Positions 1-12,172 are shown, counted from the first letter of the stretch. The stretch is DNA of 48,563 bases from Gonapodya sp. JEL0774 (GCA_027604505.1 JADIIX010000073.1:62001-110563), one strand, 5' to 3'. Notes: generated by a model from the letters alone, not told the origin. Translations and numbers: made by a program.

Positions 1-788
1 TCCATCCCGATACAGAACGCAGGCGACGTTGCATTGAGCATTGGATTCACAGATAGCGGATTCGGCGTGAAAGCAATACCACAATTTTTGCGGAAGATAG
101 CCATGATCAAGGTGTCGAATTGCTATTACGAAAATGTGATGTTTTTGGGTCGCTTTTCGGGAAGGCCAGTGCCCAATTACCTGAATGGTCAATACGATAT
201 TCGCAACATTAAGACCCTGCAATGCAGAAAAGAGGATGAACTGGCCAAGGAGGTGCAGGTACTTGTTTTCAAAGTAGAAGTTGATAAGAGTGCCGAACTC
301 GACTGTCCCCTGATCCAGGCAAGAAATCCCGATTAGCACAAGACAGACTTTATCCGTGGTTGTAATGTGCAGGTACCTGAAAATGGCGATTCCCCGGAAC
401 GTTCTGCATACTTTCCACGAGGAACAAGCTACTGATAGTCCCCATGAGGAAAAAGAGAATAAAGCATGTGAACGCTGGAACCCATCCGGCCTGTTGAAAA
501 AGTTGTGGGACATAGACAAGTCCTGGACCGGACAAGGAGTTGATGAGCAGTGAGAGACCGCCAACAATTCCACTGGGACCGTCGATTGCAGCGACACCAA
601 TTAGATCCAGTCAGAAACGTCACAGTCACGACAGCCAGAGGAATCACCGGAGACCCAACGTACACAGTTTTCGCCGAGACCAGTTTCTTGTAAGTCATCC
701 GCCTTTTAAGAACTGTGTGCCTTCCAACATTCCCACTTCCGCTCCCATCTGCATCAGAAGCGAAAGCGACGCGCGGTGCCTCCACCAT
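1..788 (-). CDS. Transmembrane amino-acid transporter (Aa_trans/AAAP family); 5' part only, gene continues past the left edge
   Basis: Spliced reading from ATG 788: MVEAPRVAF...SAKTV|GIVGGLSLLINSLSGPGLVYVPQLFQQAGW...FLVESMQNVPGNRHFQ|GTVEFGTLINFYF...; the N-x3-GPGL..P..F..AGW motif of TM1 is typical of the family; GT-AG introns. Confidence 0.8.
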
Positions 789-1273
789 CGCCTATTTCCG
801 CAGTGTGGAAGGATATGCCAGATGGAGAGAAGAAGCAGGTGTTTGCGTGCTTTGATTGTGGTGAACTGCACTACACTCGAGTGGAGCCGACATTGTCCAC
901 GATGTGAAATGAGTGACCACCGCCTCACTTGAAGCCACCCTCAACCACACATGTCACACGAAAAACGACCGATTTCGTGCAAAATCTTTCAACACAATGT
1001 TAACGATCTTACAAACAAAGCGCCGCTACAGATTGCCTCAAAGTAAGGGAATGCAATCTCCAAACTTCAGTCCAGGGAGTCTGTAGTGTACAGCAGTCTT
1101 CTCAAAAAGCTTCAGAGAAAGCTCCCCGCTCCAAATCATGGAAGATTTTGGTTGCTAACCCTGACCTCTTCTCAAACACGACGCTCGACCATTTCCTCAT
1201 CCCAGGTTCACGTGTCGCCGGAAAGTACACCGGTGCGGATTACGCTCTTCACCCATCTTCAAAATTTTAGTTT

Positions 1274-3300
1274 TCAATCTGATCCCGACCTCCGATAAGC
1301 ATCATTCTCGCCACCGTGACCTCTCATCTGTCCGTCTTCCTCCACCTCTTCAAACCGCCCAACTCCAGCAACCTGTGCTCCCGCCATTCCCATAGGGTGA
1401 TCCCCAGCTCCCATTCCCTCGTCAACGTCCATGCTCATTCCATCGGGGCCGTTGACTGTGCGAACGACAACCGCGCCTCTCGGTGTTTGAAGAACAAACT
1501 CGCCGTTTTCAGTCATGGTAAACCCTCCGATCGATTCTGATGTATCATCTTCAGATTCCGAATGCTCGTCTGCAGGAGTGTACTGTGGTGCGCTTCCGAC
1601 TACTGGGTCGTGACCGAGCTCTGCCACATACTTGTTCCAGCGTTCCTTCACAGCAAGAGCCCTGACCAGCAGACAGGTTTGCCGTATAATTACAAAGTCA
1701 AAACGTGACTAAATCAACAAACGGGTAACTGTGTCGATCGTCATTACAACACTCACCATTCAGGAAAGGACTTTCCCTTGAGCAGAGCAACCACCACAAC
1801 AGTCATGTTATCACAACCGATACCACCCAGCTCCGATGCTCGCCGGTCCGGCGCCAGACAGCGGTCCATCTGGTACAAGAGGAAACGTGATTGATGATCC
1901 TTCAAGGCGACTTCCTTCATTTACAGGACTCACCAAATCCTCACATACAACACCGAGGCTCTTTCCTTGCGCTACCGCCTTGCTGACAAAATCACAGACC
2001 TGCTGGTTATCAAGCACATCCCAGATTCCATCACACGCGAGGACAAGAAACTCGTCCGTGGGAGCGACCTTGCGGCTGACAACATCCGGAAAGGAGGTTA
2101 CCACCTGCTCCTCGGCAGGCAAGGATGGGTTCTGCTTGAATTCAAAATCTCCGAGCGCGCGGGAGAGGGCGAGGTTTCCTGAAAGAGACGTGGCATCGAA
2201 TGGGTTCAGCGAACGACGTCACGCCAGAACAAGATGAAGAGACGGAGAGACATTGGGGTTCGAATACTAGCACATCTTTTAGAGTTTCTCACCATTGACC
2301 CTGCCATACTCGACAAATCCTCCTCCCCTCATGATCCTCGCGGACTCCTCTGGTGCCCGTGAGGATTTTAGGAAATCCAAAAACAGCGTGAGTATCACGA
2401 AAAGACTGGGATACACAAGCGTCACTACACCAGCTCACCGGGATTTCCGGGCTTGTGATCTTCACTCATGGCCACAGCCTTTCCATCGGCGCTAAGGATG
2501 CACCTTGAGTCCCCTGCGTTCGCAACGTAGATGAAATCGTCATCGGTGACTAGAGCTGCAACGGCAGTGCACCCGGAAGGATCATTTTGGAAGTCAGGGT
2601 CTGAACATGGAGTGATTATTGTCAGTTAGCTTCACGTTCAACTTAGCCGCGTCTCCTCGCCTGAAAACGAACCATCTCTCAACTCGTCATCAATGGCCAT
2701 GAAACCTTTTTTGAGCGCAATTTCATAATTTCCTTTGCCGAATTCTTCCTGCTGGGCGATCTTCCAGTGCAGTCGCTTTCCCGCATATTGGGCGACAGAA
2801 GCCCCGCCGTGACCGTCATATACAGCGTAGAAAGAAATATGAAGTTTATTATCGAAAAGAGCAGGGGTATTCGCTCCCGCAACTTCGGCAGCCACGTTTG
2901 CCGTGGTGATTGTGTCAGAGGGTTCGGCCGAGCCCGCTGGTCCAGCGGGAGAGGCACCTGGGACGGTCGGATCGGTGGAAGTGCGCATCTGGCGGGGTTC
3001 GGCTGGAGGAGATTTGGAGTAAATGTCCCTGCGGATGGGATACGACCGAACCGAGTCCGTGGACCCCTGGTCGTCTGGATCCAAGTCGGATCTCCGTTGC
3101 GACCCAATCGCGCCTCTAGCACCGGACCTACCTAAAGACGGTTGCGCAGGAGCACGGTTTGGCAGCTTGACTATAGTCGTGTGAGCATCCTCCATGGAAA
3201 TGCGCCAGCCTTGCATCGAGGATGCTCCGTATGACGACTTGAGGTCAGATTCCTCCGTGGTATGCTTGTCACGGACTGGCTCGGATAGTGTTTGGCCCAT
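1274..3300 (-). CDS. PTC2: Protein phosphatase 2C (Ptc2/Ptc3-like), about 6 exons, with a low-complexity insert and an acidic tail
   Basis: MGQTLSEPV N-terminus, SMQGWRISMEDAH, YDGHGG, ANAGDSR, DHKP, GNLALSRALGDFEFK, LACDGIWD, GCDNMT; 3' end taken from ORF 1274..1651. Confidence 0.93.
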
Positions 3301-4083
3301 TGCTGTGACCTTGGAGAGCTGATTATCGTTTTCAATTCAGGTCACGTCAAACAGGAAATAGCCCTGGGGCAAAACCCGTCAAGTTCATGCAGGAAGGGTG
3401 AATCCAGCGAGACGTCAGAGTAAGTGAAGCGGAAATTGAAATGGAAACATTACGCGGTGAAAGCAAGAAGACCGTGAGAGGGTGGGTTCAAGTATGGCAC
3501 AATGGAGACCAACGAAAAATCAGTTTTTGGTCGAATCAGCGTCTTAAAACGCACTTCTATAGATTAAATCTGCATTCACCTTCAACAAAAGCTGAATCGG
3601 GACGGTGGAATGAAATGCAAGCTTGGTGAGGGATTCACTTTGGTGCGGTGAAACGCGTACGAGTTAAGGATGGGTGGTACGGAGCAGCGTAAGGACTTCT
3701 ACTTGGAGGAAAGACGCTGTAGCGCGATTCGGCTCCCTCTCAGAAGAACTGCAAAAAGTTGAGAAGTTGAACACCAAACTCCCAGCTCGCAGTGTGGCGC
3801 AGACTCCTCTTGTCGCCGGTCCACAAGCACACCCATCGTGGTAATTAAAGAAAAGATTGGTTTCAACTGCTGCGCCGAGTATTTCTTAGACAACAGTGCC
3901 TATGTTTTCAGTTTTGAACTACCATCGTGGAAGCGTTTTGCCCATCATGTCAACCTGCCACGAAAACGTAATGATGGATCTGATTTTGCTGTGCTTGCTG
4001 GAATGCTTTCCTAATTCGCATCTGTGGTGTTGGCACGACGGATGCAAAAGGCAACAACCACAGCTCAGCACCTGCCAATGCTA

Positions 4084-4120
4084 TGACCTCAGAGGTCACA
4101 GCACTTTCTGATGTATAAAA
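4084..4120 (+). promoter_or_regulatory. Perfect palindrome TGACCTC-A-GAGGTCA followed by a TATA box upstream of the GDSL gene
   Basis: Inverted repeat at 4084-4098; TATAAAA at 4114-4120; ATG at 4154. Confidence 0.45.
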
Positions 4121-4153
4121 AGGGTCGCAGAGTCTCGCCTGATCCTGAAAATT

Positions 4154-5478
4154 ATGCAGCACTTTCTTATCACTGTTCTCAGCTTCGCCCTATTGCTTTT
4201 GTCTGTCGCTGTTCCATCTCTCGCCGCGTTGTCGATCGCCGGTAGTAAGATCGATACAGGGGTAGTCTTTGGCGATTCGTTATCTGATACCGGTGAGTAA
4301 AGTTCCAACTGTTCCCACTGTTGTATCCTAGTGCTACTCGCTGAAAATGCTCTCATTCAGGTAACCTGTTTCGGTCAACGGGTTATCCTCGAGCTCCCTA
4401 TTATAACGGTCGATTCAGCAATGGACCAGTATGGATAGAATACCTCGCCAATTCCACAGGGATTCAGATTGAAGCCAATTTTGCTGTCGGGGGGGCAAAA
4501 ACCGACGATGGGCGAACGGTGTGTTGTGGAACTTCTTGTCTCATCAAATCTAGAGCAAGCATGAAATTTTTTCCAATTTGCTACAGAGCTCCTCCTCGCT
4601 TCCCGGTACCCAAGGCTCTGGTTTTTTTGTTCCGGGTTTGGAGAGCCAAGCGCGCGACTTCCTCAATAAAACAAACACAACAGTGGCGAATCGTGCCGTA
4701 TTCGTGTGGATTGGGGGGAACGATTACCTTGACGCCCTCGGTTCCGATACCCTTTCGTTTGATTTGGAGAATGTCTCCACCATTATTGTTGGGAACATTG
4801 TAGAGGTGGTGAACCAAATTGACGGTAAAGCGGCTGCAATCGTAGTTATTGGTCTTCCCGATCTTTCTACTCTACCTGTGAGCAACTGCGCGATCAGATG
4901 TTTGTTTGTGACTTGTTTGTTCACACTTCCGCCTCGTGATTAGTTTGTGTCTCTCGCCGGGGCTGCAGGGGGGACTATACGAACGCTGCTCACATCGACA
5001 CTGTCCGCCACCACAACCACTCACAATACCAAGCTCGCTGCATCGCTTCAGGCACTGAATGGTACAAAGTCCATCGTCAAATATGTGAATGTAGTTTCCG
5101 ACCAAATTGTCAAGGAGTTACAGTCAAATTTCAAAGTAACAAACACCTCCTGCGTTGGTACAAGTCAACAGTGGGTGTTTATATTAAGCTCTCTTCTTTG
5201 CCTTCTTCGCTCTCTTTGGAGATAGATTCTGATATTCAAAATTTTCGCTCTTTTCCAGAAATGTTTGCAGTAACCCAGATGACTACTTGTACTGGGATTG
5301 GCTCCATCCAACCACTAAGGCTCATAACTATATCGCTCAAACCGTAGTCACACAAATCAGCGGAACCAGCACCACTGCATCAGGTACCAAGCAGGGTGCC
5401 GGAATCCAGAGAGTACAACGTTGGACCTTTGAACCAGTCATTGCAGTAGTTGCTACCTTTATCGTGTTATTGTTGTGA
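4154..5478 (+). CDS. Secreted GDSL/SGNH lipase-esterase with a C-terminal hydrophobic (GPI/TM-like) tail, about 5 exons
   Basis: Signal peptide MQHFLITVLSFALLLLSVA; VVFGDSLSDTG|N, GRFSNGPVWIEYLA, NFAVGGA, VWIGGNDY, YWDWLHPTTKAH; ends IAVVATFIVLLL*. Confidence 0.92.
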
Positions 5479-5745
5479 GTGGGTTTTTCCAACCTGTTAC
5501 ATAGAGTGAGTATTTGCGTGAGCGAAATCAACGAATACCATAGTAGCACAGCATTTTGCCGATCAACTGCTGCTCTGATCCGCTCATCGTCCCAATTTGA
5601 CACAATCCCTTCCAACTGGTCGAACTTTAGTATCTCATTTCCATCACAGACCGCTTGATCTTATAAAGTTTCTGGATTCGTGTCTGGAGGTCCAGTCACC
5701 GTATTCCCTGGCAGACGGGCTTCCCGTGTCACTCCCCTACCTACA

Positions 5746-6894
5746 ATGGCTCTCCAACAGAACACAGATTTTCCCACATTTAAACTTCTTCTTATCGGGG
5801 ATTCGGGGAGCGGAAAGTCTTCAATCATGCTGCGATTCACTGACGAGGTGTGGATAGAACCAGAGGACGCTCGAGCAACTATTGGAGTAGACTTCAAAGT
5901 GAAGGTGGTTGATGTAGATGGAAAAAGATACAAACTGACTATATGGGTGAGTTGGGGGTTAAGAGCGATGATTGGGAAGGTCGAGAATAGCGGTTTGTGA
6001 GCTGAGTTCTCTGTTTCAAATCTTCTAGGACACCGCGGGTCAGGAACGGTATCGGACTCTCACTTCGAGTTACTATAGGGGTGCACAGGGGGTCATTCTT
6101 GGTACGCGATGGAAGTCACCTGCTGACATCGAGGGTGGACACTCAAGTACTTCAAACAGTTTACGACATCACCAATCGAGCATCTTTTGAGCACCTGAAT
6201 GATTGGTTTTCGGAATTGGAAACTTGTGAGTGTTTGCAAGGTCTTACGAGCGGCGGGCGTTGGAACAGGGACCAGCTAGCGGGCATAGCACCTGTAACCC
6301 ATGCGAACTTGACAACGAAAATGCCACGAACGAAAGCGCATTCATGCTTTCTATGAAATGGGTTTACATTGAATCGCTCGTGCCAACTGCTCCTATATTC
6401 AATTCCACGTTTCCCCCGAAGACACTTCTAGCCCTAACGTTGTGACCCTCGTTGTGGGCAACAAACTGGACCGTGCCAATGTCTACTCGTCTCCCTCTAC
6501 TACGTCCTCCGACGAACAGGATTCCTCTGGACGTGCAGTAACCCGTAAGGAAGGAGAAGCCTACGCGAGTAAGATGGGAGCTCTGTTCGTGGAAGCGAGC
6601 GCAAGAACGAGACAAGGTGTGCGAGAAGCTTTCGAGGAGGTGGTGCGGAAGGTGGGTGTTGCTGTCGTTGTGCTATCTCTTATATGGACTCCATATATGC
6701 GATATGCGAAGTCGCTTGCTCGACCCACACCAAAATTATCTTCCCTTCGTTATGGTACACCACTTGTTTTCGCCTCCGTTTCACCGCAGATCATCGAAAC
6801 ACCCGATTTATGGCAGAAGCGGGCTCCATCGGGAACCCGCCCTGTTGTTATCACGGAGCAACCCCTGGACGAAACAGGATCCTGCCCATGTTAG
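5746..6894 (+). CDS. RAB18: Rab18-like small GTPase; exons 5746-5946, 6029-6101, 6160-6225, 6422-6651, 6790-6894
   Basis: [71 protein letters not shown] (Rab18-typical), C-terminal CXC prenylation motif. Confidence 0.9.
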
Positions 6895-6917
6895 TGTCGC
6901 TCACGATTGCATTAATG

Positions 6918-7432
6918 CCATTAATGCAAGGTGGGGAATTAATGCAAGGTGGCGTGGTAAATGACCCCCCGGACTTCTTCATGCTGAGATAAAAGAATTG
7001 CTGTTCGTATACGTATACTGTCAATAGATTCGCGTCCTGTTTGTTGATTAACATGACACACTTCATACTCTTTTGTGGGGCTGAACATTATTATTGACAG
7101 AATTGTATGGGTTTTTGGCGGGCTGCCGAGGGGACAGTGCATTAGGGGGGGGGGGGGGGGTGCACCGTGTGATTCAGTGAGGCACACCCCCCCCCCCCCC
7201 TCTGCTTCTTCTCTAGCCTCGTTCTCGTCGTCGCGCCGACTCACACGAGGCGCTCGCAGGTATGCGCTCTTGGGCGTCCTCCTCGTCGCGCCGACTCCCA
7301 CGAGCCGCTCGCAGCGGTGTCGCGAATACCCCCCCGTCCGTCCCTTGGTGGGGTTTGAATTGTCTTTGTTCTTCTTTGTGTGGAGTTGTTTAGGGTTTCA
7401 TTTGCCTTTGTTTTTCTTTGTGTGGGAGTGTT
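6918..7432. repeat. Cluster of short local duplications and a G16/C14 inverted homopolymer pair
   Basis: ATTAATGCAAGGTGG twice (~6920-6952); G16 at 7145-7160 and C14 at 7187-7200; 32-bp near-identical pair 7228-7259 and 7283-7314; ~40-bp pair 7351-7390 and 7393-7432. Confidence 0.8.
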
Positions 7433-8062
7433 AACAGTTCGGACTTCTCTAGCCTCACTTTGCTCTGCTTTGTATTTTCTCTTTTCTCTGATTACAATGG
7501 CGGGGAGATCTCTTCTCCTCTCGCCCTCCCTCGTGTGCGGCAACATTATCGTGCGACAGTAGGGGTAGGCGGAGCCGTGATGTGGACCTCGACCGCAGCA
7601 GTACCATGAGCGTGGTTAGTCATGAGCGGTGACATTATCGCAAGAGGTGACGTACTCACAACGGGTAACGGGGAAGCCCACATACCCCCCCCTCCATTTC
7701 GAAGGGTAATTGGCGAGATCGTGAAACTGGCGACTGTTCTTGTGGGACATTCGAGGCAAGGAAAGCTCACGCCGTTGGTGGTGTTGGGGAACACAAACCG
7801 CCGTGGACGAACTTCTTCTTCCCACCGCGAGGAACGACAGTTCAGCGACACTGGAAGAAAAGGGACTCAGAGTCGTCGTCTGGTGCGGCTCTGGAATTCG
7901 GACAGCAAGACTGGCCGCCCCCCAAACATTTAAGTAGATTCGAAGGGAACCATCGTAGGGAGACATGGTCTGACTTGAATTGCAAGGCGCCCGTACAATC
8001 GATAAGAAGGCGATTTTAGTTGCGACCGTACCTGCTGTCGAACAAACGCTCCAAGTTTCAAA

Positions 8063-10344
8063 ATGAAAACTGCAGTTGAAACCGACGACCTGGACGCCTT
8101 GGAGGATCTTCTGTCCTGTTACGAACTGCAACCGAATGACTTCCAACCTGCAATCCTTCCAAAATCTCCTTCCTCGCTCGTGCCTCCCGGTTCCTACTCC
8201 CGTCCTTCAGCAGATTCCTTTCCCCCGCCTTCCACCGCCGCAACGCATCAAACTCTGCAGTTCCCCCCTCAAGAGCCGACCCCTCCGCCTCTCCCCACTA
8301 AGGTTTCTTCTCCCACGCCTGCGTTGTCCATCTCCTCCAGTCGCACTCCTTCCCCGTCCCGCCGCTCTCCGATTCTACCCAATTCAGACCAGTACCGGAC
8401 AAGCCCGAAAGGCCTGACAGGGTCCACCAGCTTTGTTCAACGGGGCAGTACTCATTCTCGCAACCACGCTGATCGTGTCGCAGTCACCACCCGTGCAATG
8501 TCGCGGCATGCAGTGTTTGTTGGGAAGCTTAATGTCGTACGACCCGAACCACTTGGTGGTAATATCCCCTCTATCAAAACGCAGACACCCGCTGGCTTGG
8601 TTGCGAACCAAACACAAACTGCTCACAGCGTGACTGCGTCCTCCCCAACCGAATCAGACTCTGCCAGATCTGCGCCTGCGGCACCTGTGGATTCCGCCTT
8701 CTCTGGGTCCTCCGGCACCAGCACAGCGGCGATTGAGCGAAGGCAGAGTCTCCCTGCCGAAGTCACAACCTCAAAGAAGATCATGGAACCGTTTTATAGT
8801 GGGGACCAGTTTCTAAATGGTGGTCAGCCTGGGAATACGGAGGCAGTCGGTTTGCTGGGGCCGAGTTTCAGAAATCCAATAGGCCTTCGAGGTGACAGTG
8901 ACGACAAGCCTGAAGGCATTTCTAATCGGGCTACCTACCCTCGATCGTTCATGGAGTCCGTCTCTTCTGATGTGATGGGTGGTGTTACAGGCCTTACAAT
9001 TGGCAACGTGGTTGTACCGGAAGGCTGCCAAAACGAGACCTTGCGAACCACTAAAACGAAACCCGCACAGTGGAAAGGACGCATGCACAAAGGAGGGCCA
9101 CAGGACCGACCGGAGACTGATGGTGAGTATAAGAATTACAAAATGGGGTTGAGCACGCTCGGAACGTGTTTTAATGTTGCCTTAACGCCCGAGTTGCATT
9201 TGAGGGGAATCGAATTGCGTGAAGACGATCGTAGTGAGCAGTTCAGAAAGCACTGGGTAGTGCAAAATAGAAGGAAAAGTTCACCATTCCGAGGCATGGA
9301 CCACCTGATGGTATTATTCATATCCTTCCTTGCCCATTCTTCTGTTTGTCCTCCTCGCTCCCCTCCCCCATTCTCAGCTTCGGTTGCCAACCGCATTGTG
9401 GCGCACCACTTGGGTCTACCTCTAGCTCCTCCCGGACTGAGTGGCAATGCTACCTACCCCTCCACGCCAGTAGCTCGCAGAGGGTATATTGAGAACTTTC
9501 CGCCATTGGCTGGAGGTAAGGGAGTGAAAGAGAAGGATGTGGATATGCTAAACCCAGTTGTGAGAGCAGGAGCGACCGTACAGTTTGAGGTATGCGCGAT
9601 TCATGGTGCTCAAACGCAGAAAAGTCGGTCACTTTACTTCGTCAACCGACTCTTCAGCCTCCGCCACGTCCCCGATCTCCAACCGCAGATGCCTTTTCTA
9701 CGTTACAGATCCCCGCACGCCGCACTATGTCCCTCCCTGTGCCTGAAACAGTGATTCGTCACCCGCCGACCCCCCCTTCGTCCGCGCCTCCTGGATCCGC
9801 CAGTGATCTTGATCTGGCTGATCTGTTCGCCGAAGTTGTCCCGTACACTTCGTCGGATCCTCCTCTGCTCCCCAGGTCCCCGTCCTCTCAGAGTAGATTT
9901 CCACCGCACCCGAAAGGGCTTCATCCCCTTCTCGCTCGAAAACGACCGGAGCACACTGGTTCTTTCTATTCTAATCTCGCACTTCCACCACCACTCAACA
10001 AACCAAAACCTTCTGTCGCGGTCTCCACTGCCGGGGTACGTGTCGTTGCATTCGGAGACCCGGCCTCATCGCGTGACGATTACGAGGACCTTCGTGCTTT
10101 GGGCATCGAAATTGAGGATTCGTCGCCTCCTGTTTCTCTATCAGTGCGCCAGAACGACAAAGAAAGAGAAAGAAGCAGTCGTGCCATTGGTGAGAGTCGT
10201 CAGAGGAATGACAGGACAAAATACGGGCCACCGCCCGATGAAAATCTGGAGGAGGACGTGATAGAACGGACGGGTACGTGGCATGGGGCGAATACCAGTG
10301 GGGCAAGGGGTGTTGAGTATTGGAGGACGACGAGAGGGAATTGA
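8063..10344 (+). CDS. Pro/Ser-rich low-complexity protein carrying an R3HCC1-like C-terminal motif; probable exons 8063-9122, 9378-9589, 9658-10344
   Basis: Long ORFs 8063..9754 and 9592..10344 are joined by a GT-AG intron; splicing out 9123-9377 produces RPETDASVANRIVAHHLG, resembling the RPxTxAxVARRLxxxALG motif of R3HCC1-family proteins. Confidence 0.65.
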
Positions 10345-10916
10345 CGTGGTAGTGGGATTAAGTCAATGACTCGCACAATTGGAAAAGGAGTTGTTGTTCT
10401 TCCCCCGCATCGCAAGCACCCTGTGTTGATTGCTTCCAATTGCGTGCCATGGATACCCCCACGCGTTTGTGACCACTCGCCATTGCCGTTAAAGATCTCT
10501 GACCATCGGTGGACACCTGAAGACTGACGAATACGCTCACGATCACAATCTACTTCCGTTCTCACACGACTTCCGGACTGGGATTTTTACTTGCACGTTT
10601 GGATGCTTTGGCAATTCTCTTGTAATTCTTTCTTTCCTTCCTTGATCCACGATTGGTACCATTTCAGCAAATTCGTGAAGCAGCATCTCAGCAAACCTCT
10701 TCGCCCGCATTTCATAGTGTGATTACCTTCCCTTAGCTTTCGTACAGCAATTTCGTGTAACAATTCACATATAATAAATAAACAATGGCGAACCATAATA
10801 CTATCAGAACAGATGTGCTTTGGTCAACTTCGGCCATCTCTTCGCAACTCATCACAGACCCATCAATTCCAAACGCAATCGTTCTTACCACTTTTAAGCA
10901 TTCAAAATAGTTCAAA

Positions 10917-12060
10917 ATGCCACCAGCCGATATGTCCGTTCTCCCTGCGGCTCAGAACCCAGAAATCCCTCAAGAAATGATGGAGAAGTTCAAGGAGGTT
11001 ACCGCGATGTGTGTCGATGATCAGGCCAAGAAGTTCCTCAGAGCCTTTGTTCTAGAGTTTAGGGGTGCGTTGATTGTGGATGCTCGATTCAGGGATTGTC
11101 GGAAGATGAACAACGGGGGGTCGGAGGACAGACCCCTTCGCCTACAGTTCCAGCAACGCGGCGCTCTTCAAATCCCACTTTGTCATTTTGCTAATACGCT
11201 ATAACTTGTGTTGTTAGGTCGGTTTGAAGAGATCCTGGACCTCACCGCTCAGTTCACCAGCTTCAGTGACAACGCCAAATCTCCCCACTTGGTCATGGAT
11301 TTGAATGAATTTGACGCTCACAGGTTCCTGGAAAAGCGAGACGAAAGTATGACCGTTGCACAGCTTCGGAGGACCGTTATGGGGGAGATGGGTACGTTCT
11401 TGCTAACTTCAAGCGGTTGCCAGCTTACAATGTGCGCTAATGTTTACTCCCATAACCTTTCCCCACAGATCTGGACAAAAACCACCGTCTTTCGTTGATT
11501 GAATTCCTCCTCTGGAAGTACCAAAAACCCGTGGCCCTGCTTTTCGCGAAACCTCCGATGACCGTTAGTGAGGACTATCTGGCCCAATTTGAGGCAGCTA
11601 TGGAAGAGTATCAGAAGGTTGTGGAACAAAAGAGAGCACGGGAGAATCAAATGAGAGCCCTGGAGGCTCAAGCGGAAGGAGGTGGGATATCTTGCGGATC
11701 TGGTGTTCGCGTGTATTGGCTAACGCATGTCCTCGGGTGACATGAATACACCGAAACGATTTCGATTCATTCTTTCCACCAGGTGGTGTCAAAGCTCTTG
11801 CAGCCAAGAATCAGCTGGCCCAGATGAAGTCGGAGGACCTTCTGGCCCAGAACAAGCGTGAGATCGAGGCTGAACTGCGACGTAAGAAAGCGGAGAAAGC
11901 TTATAAGGAGGAAGATCCCTTCAAGAAGGAGCAAGAAAGGCTTGAAGCTGAGAAAAAGGCGAAAGAGGAAGAGGAAAAGAGAAAGCGCGAAGAAGGGAGG
12001 AAGAGGTTGGCGGACAAAGCCAAGGCCTGGAACTCCCCCGACAAAATCTCGGCGCAATAG
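10917..12060 (+). CDS. EF-hand coiled-coil protein similar to the Dictyostelium 34-kDa Ca2+-regulated actin-bundling protein (ABP34 family); exons 10917-11064, 11218-11391, 11469-11681, 11783-12060
   Basis: DDQAKKFLRAF, EF-hand-like DLDKNHRLSLIEFLLWKYQK and GGVKALAAKNQLAQ parallel the recalled ABP34 segments SQQAVHFLNAY, DVNFDGRVSFLEYLLYQYK and GVKGLGATNMLAQ. Confidence 0.75.
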
Positions 12061-12172
12061 TTTGTTTTCCATATATTACTTGTGCAAAACCACGCGTCTT
12101 TGAGTATGGTGACGTGCGACGACCTAGACCCCCCAATTGTTCAATCCTAAAATGTGCTCACGGGAACACGTT

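Noticed and set aside
2255..2275. tRNA suggested by GGTTCGAAT
   Set aside because: No T-stem, acceptor stem or cloverleaf; lies inside a PP2C intron
7497..8062. Short ORFs upstream of the 8063 gene as extra coding exons
   Set aside because: All frames are interrupted and none resembles an R3H or RRM domain; more likely 5' UTR or intron
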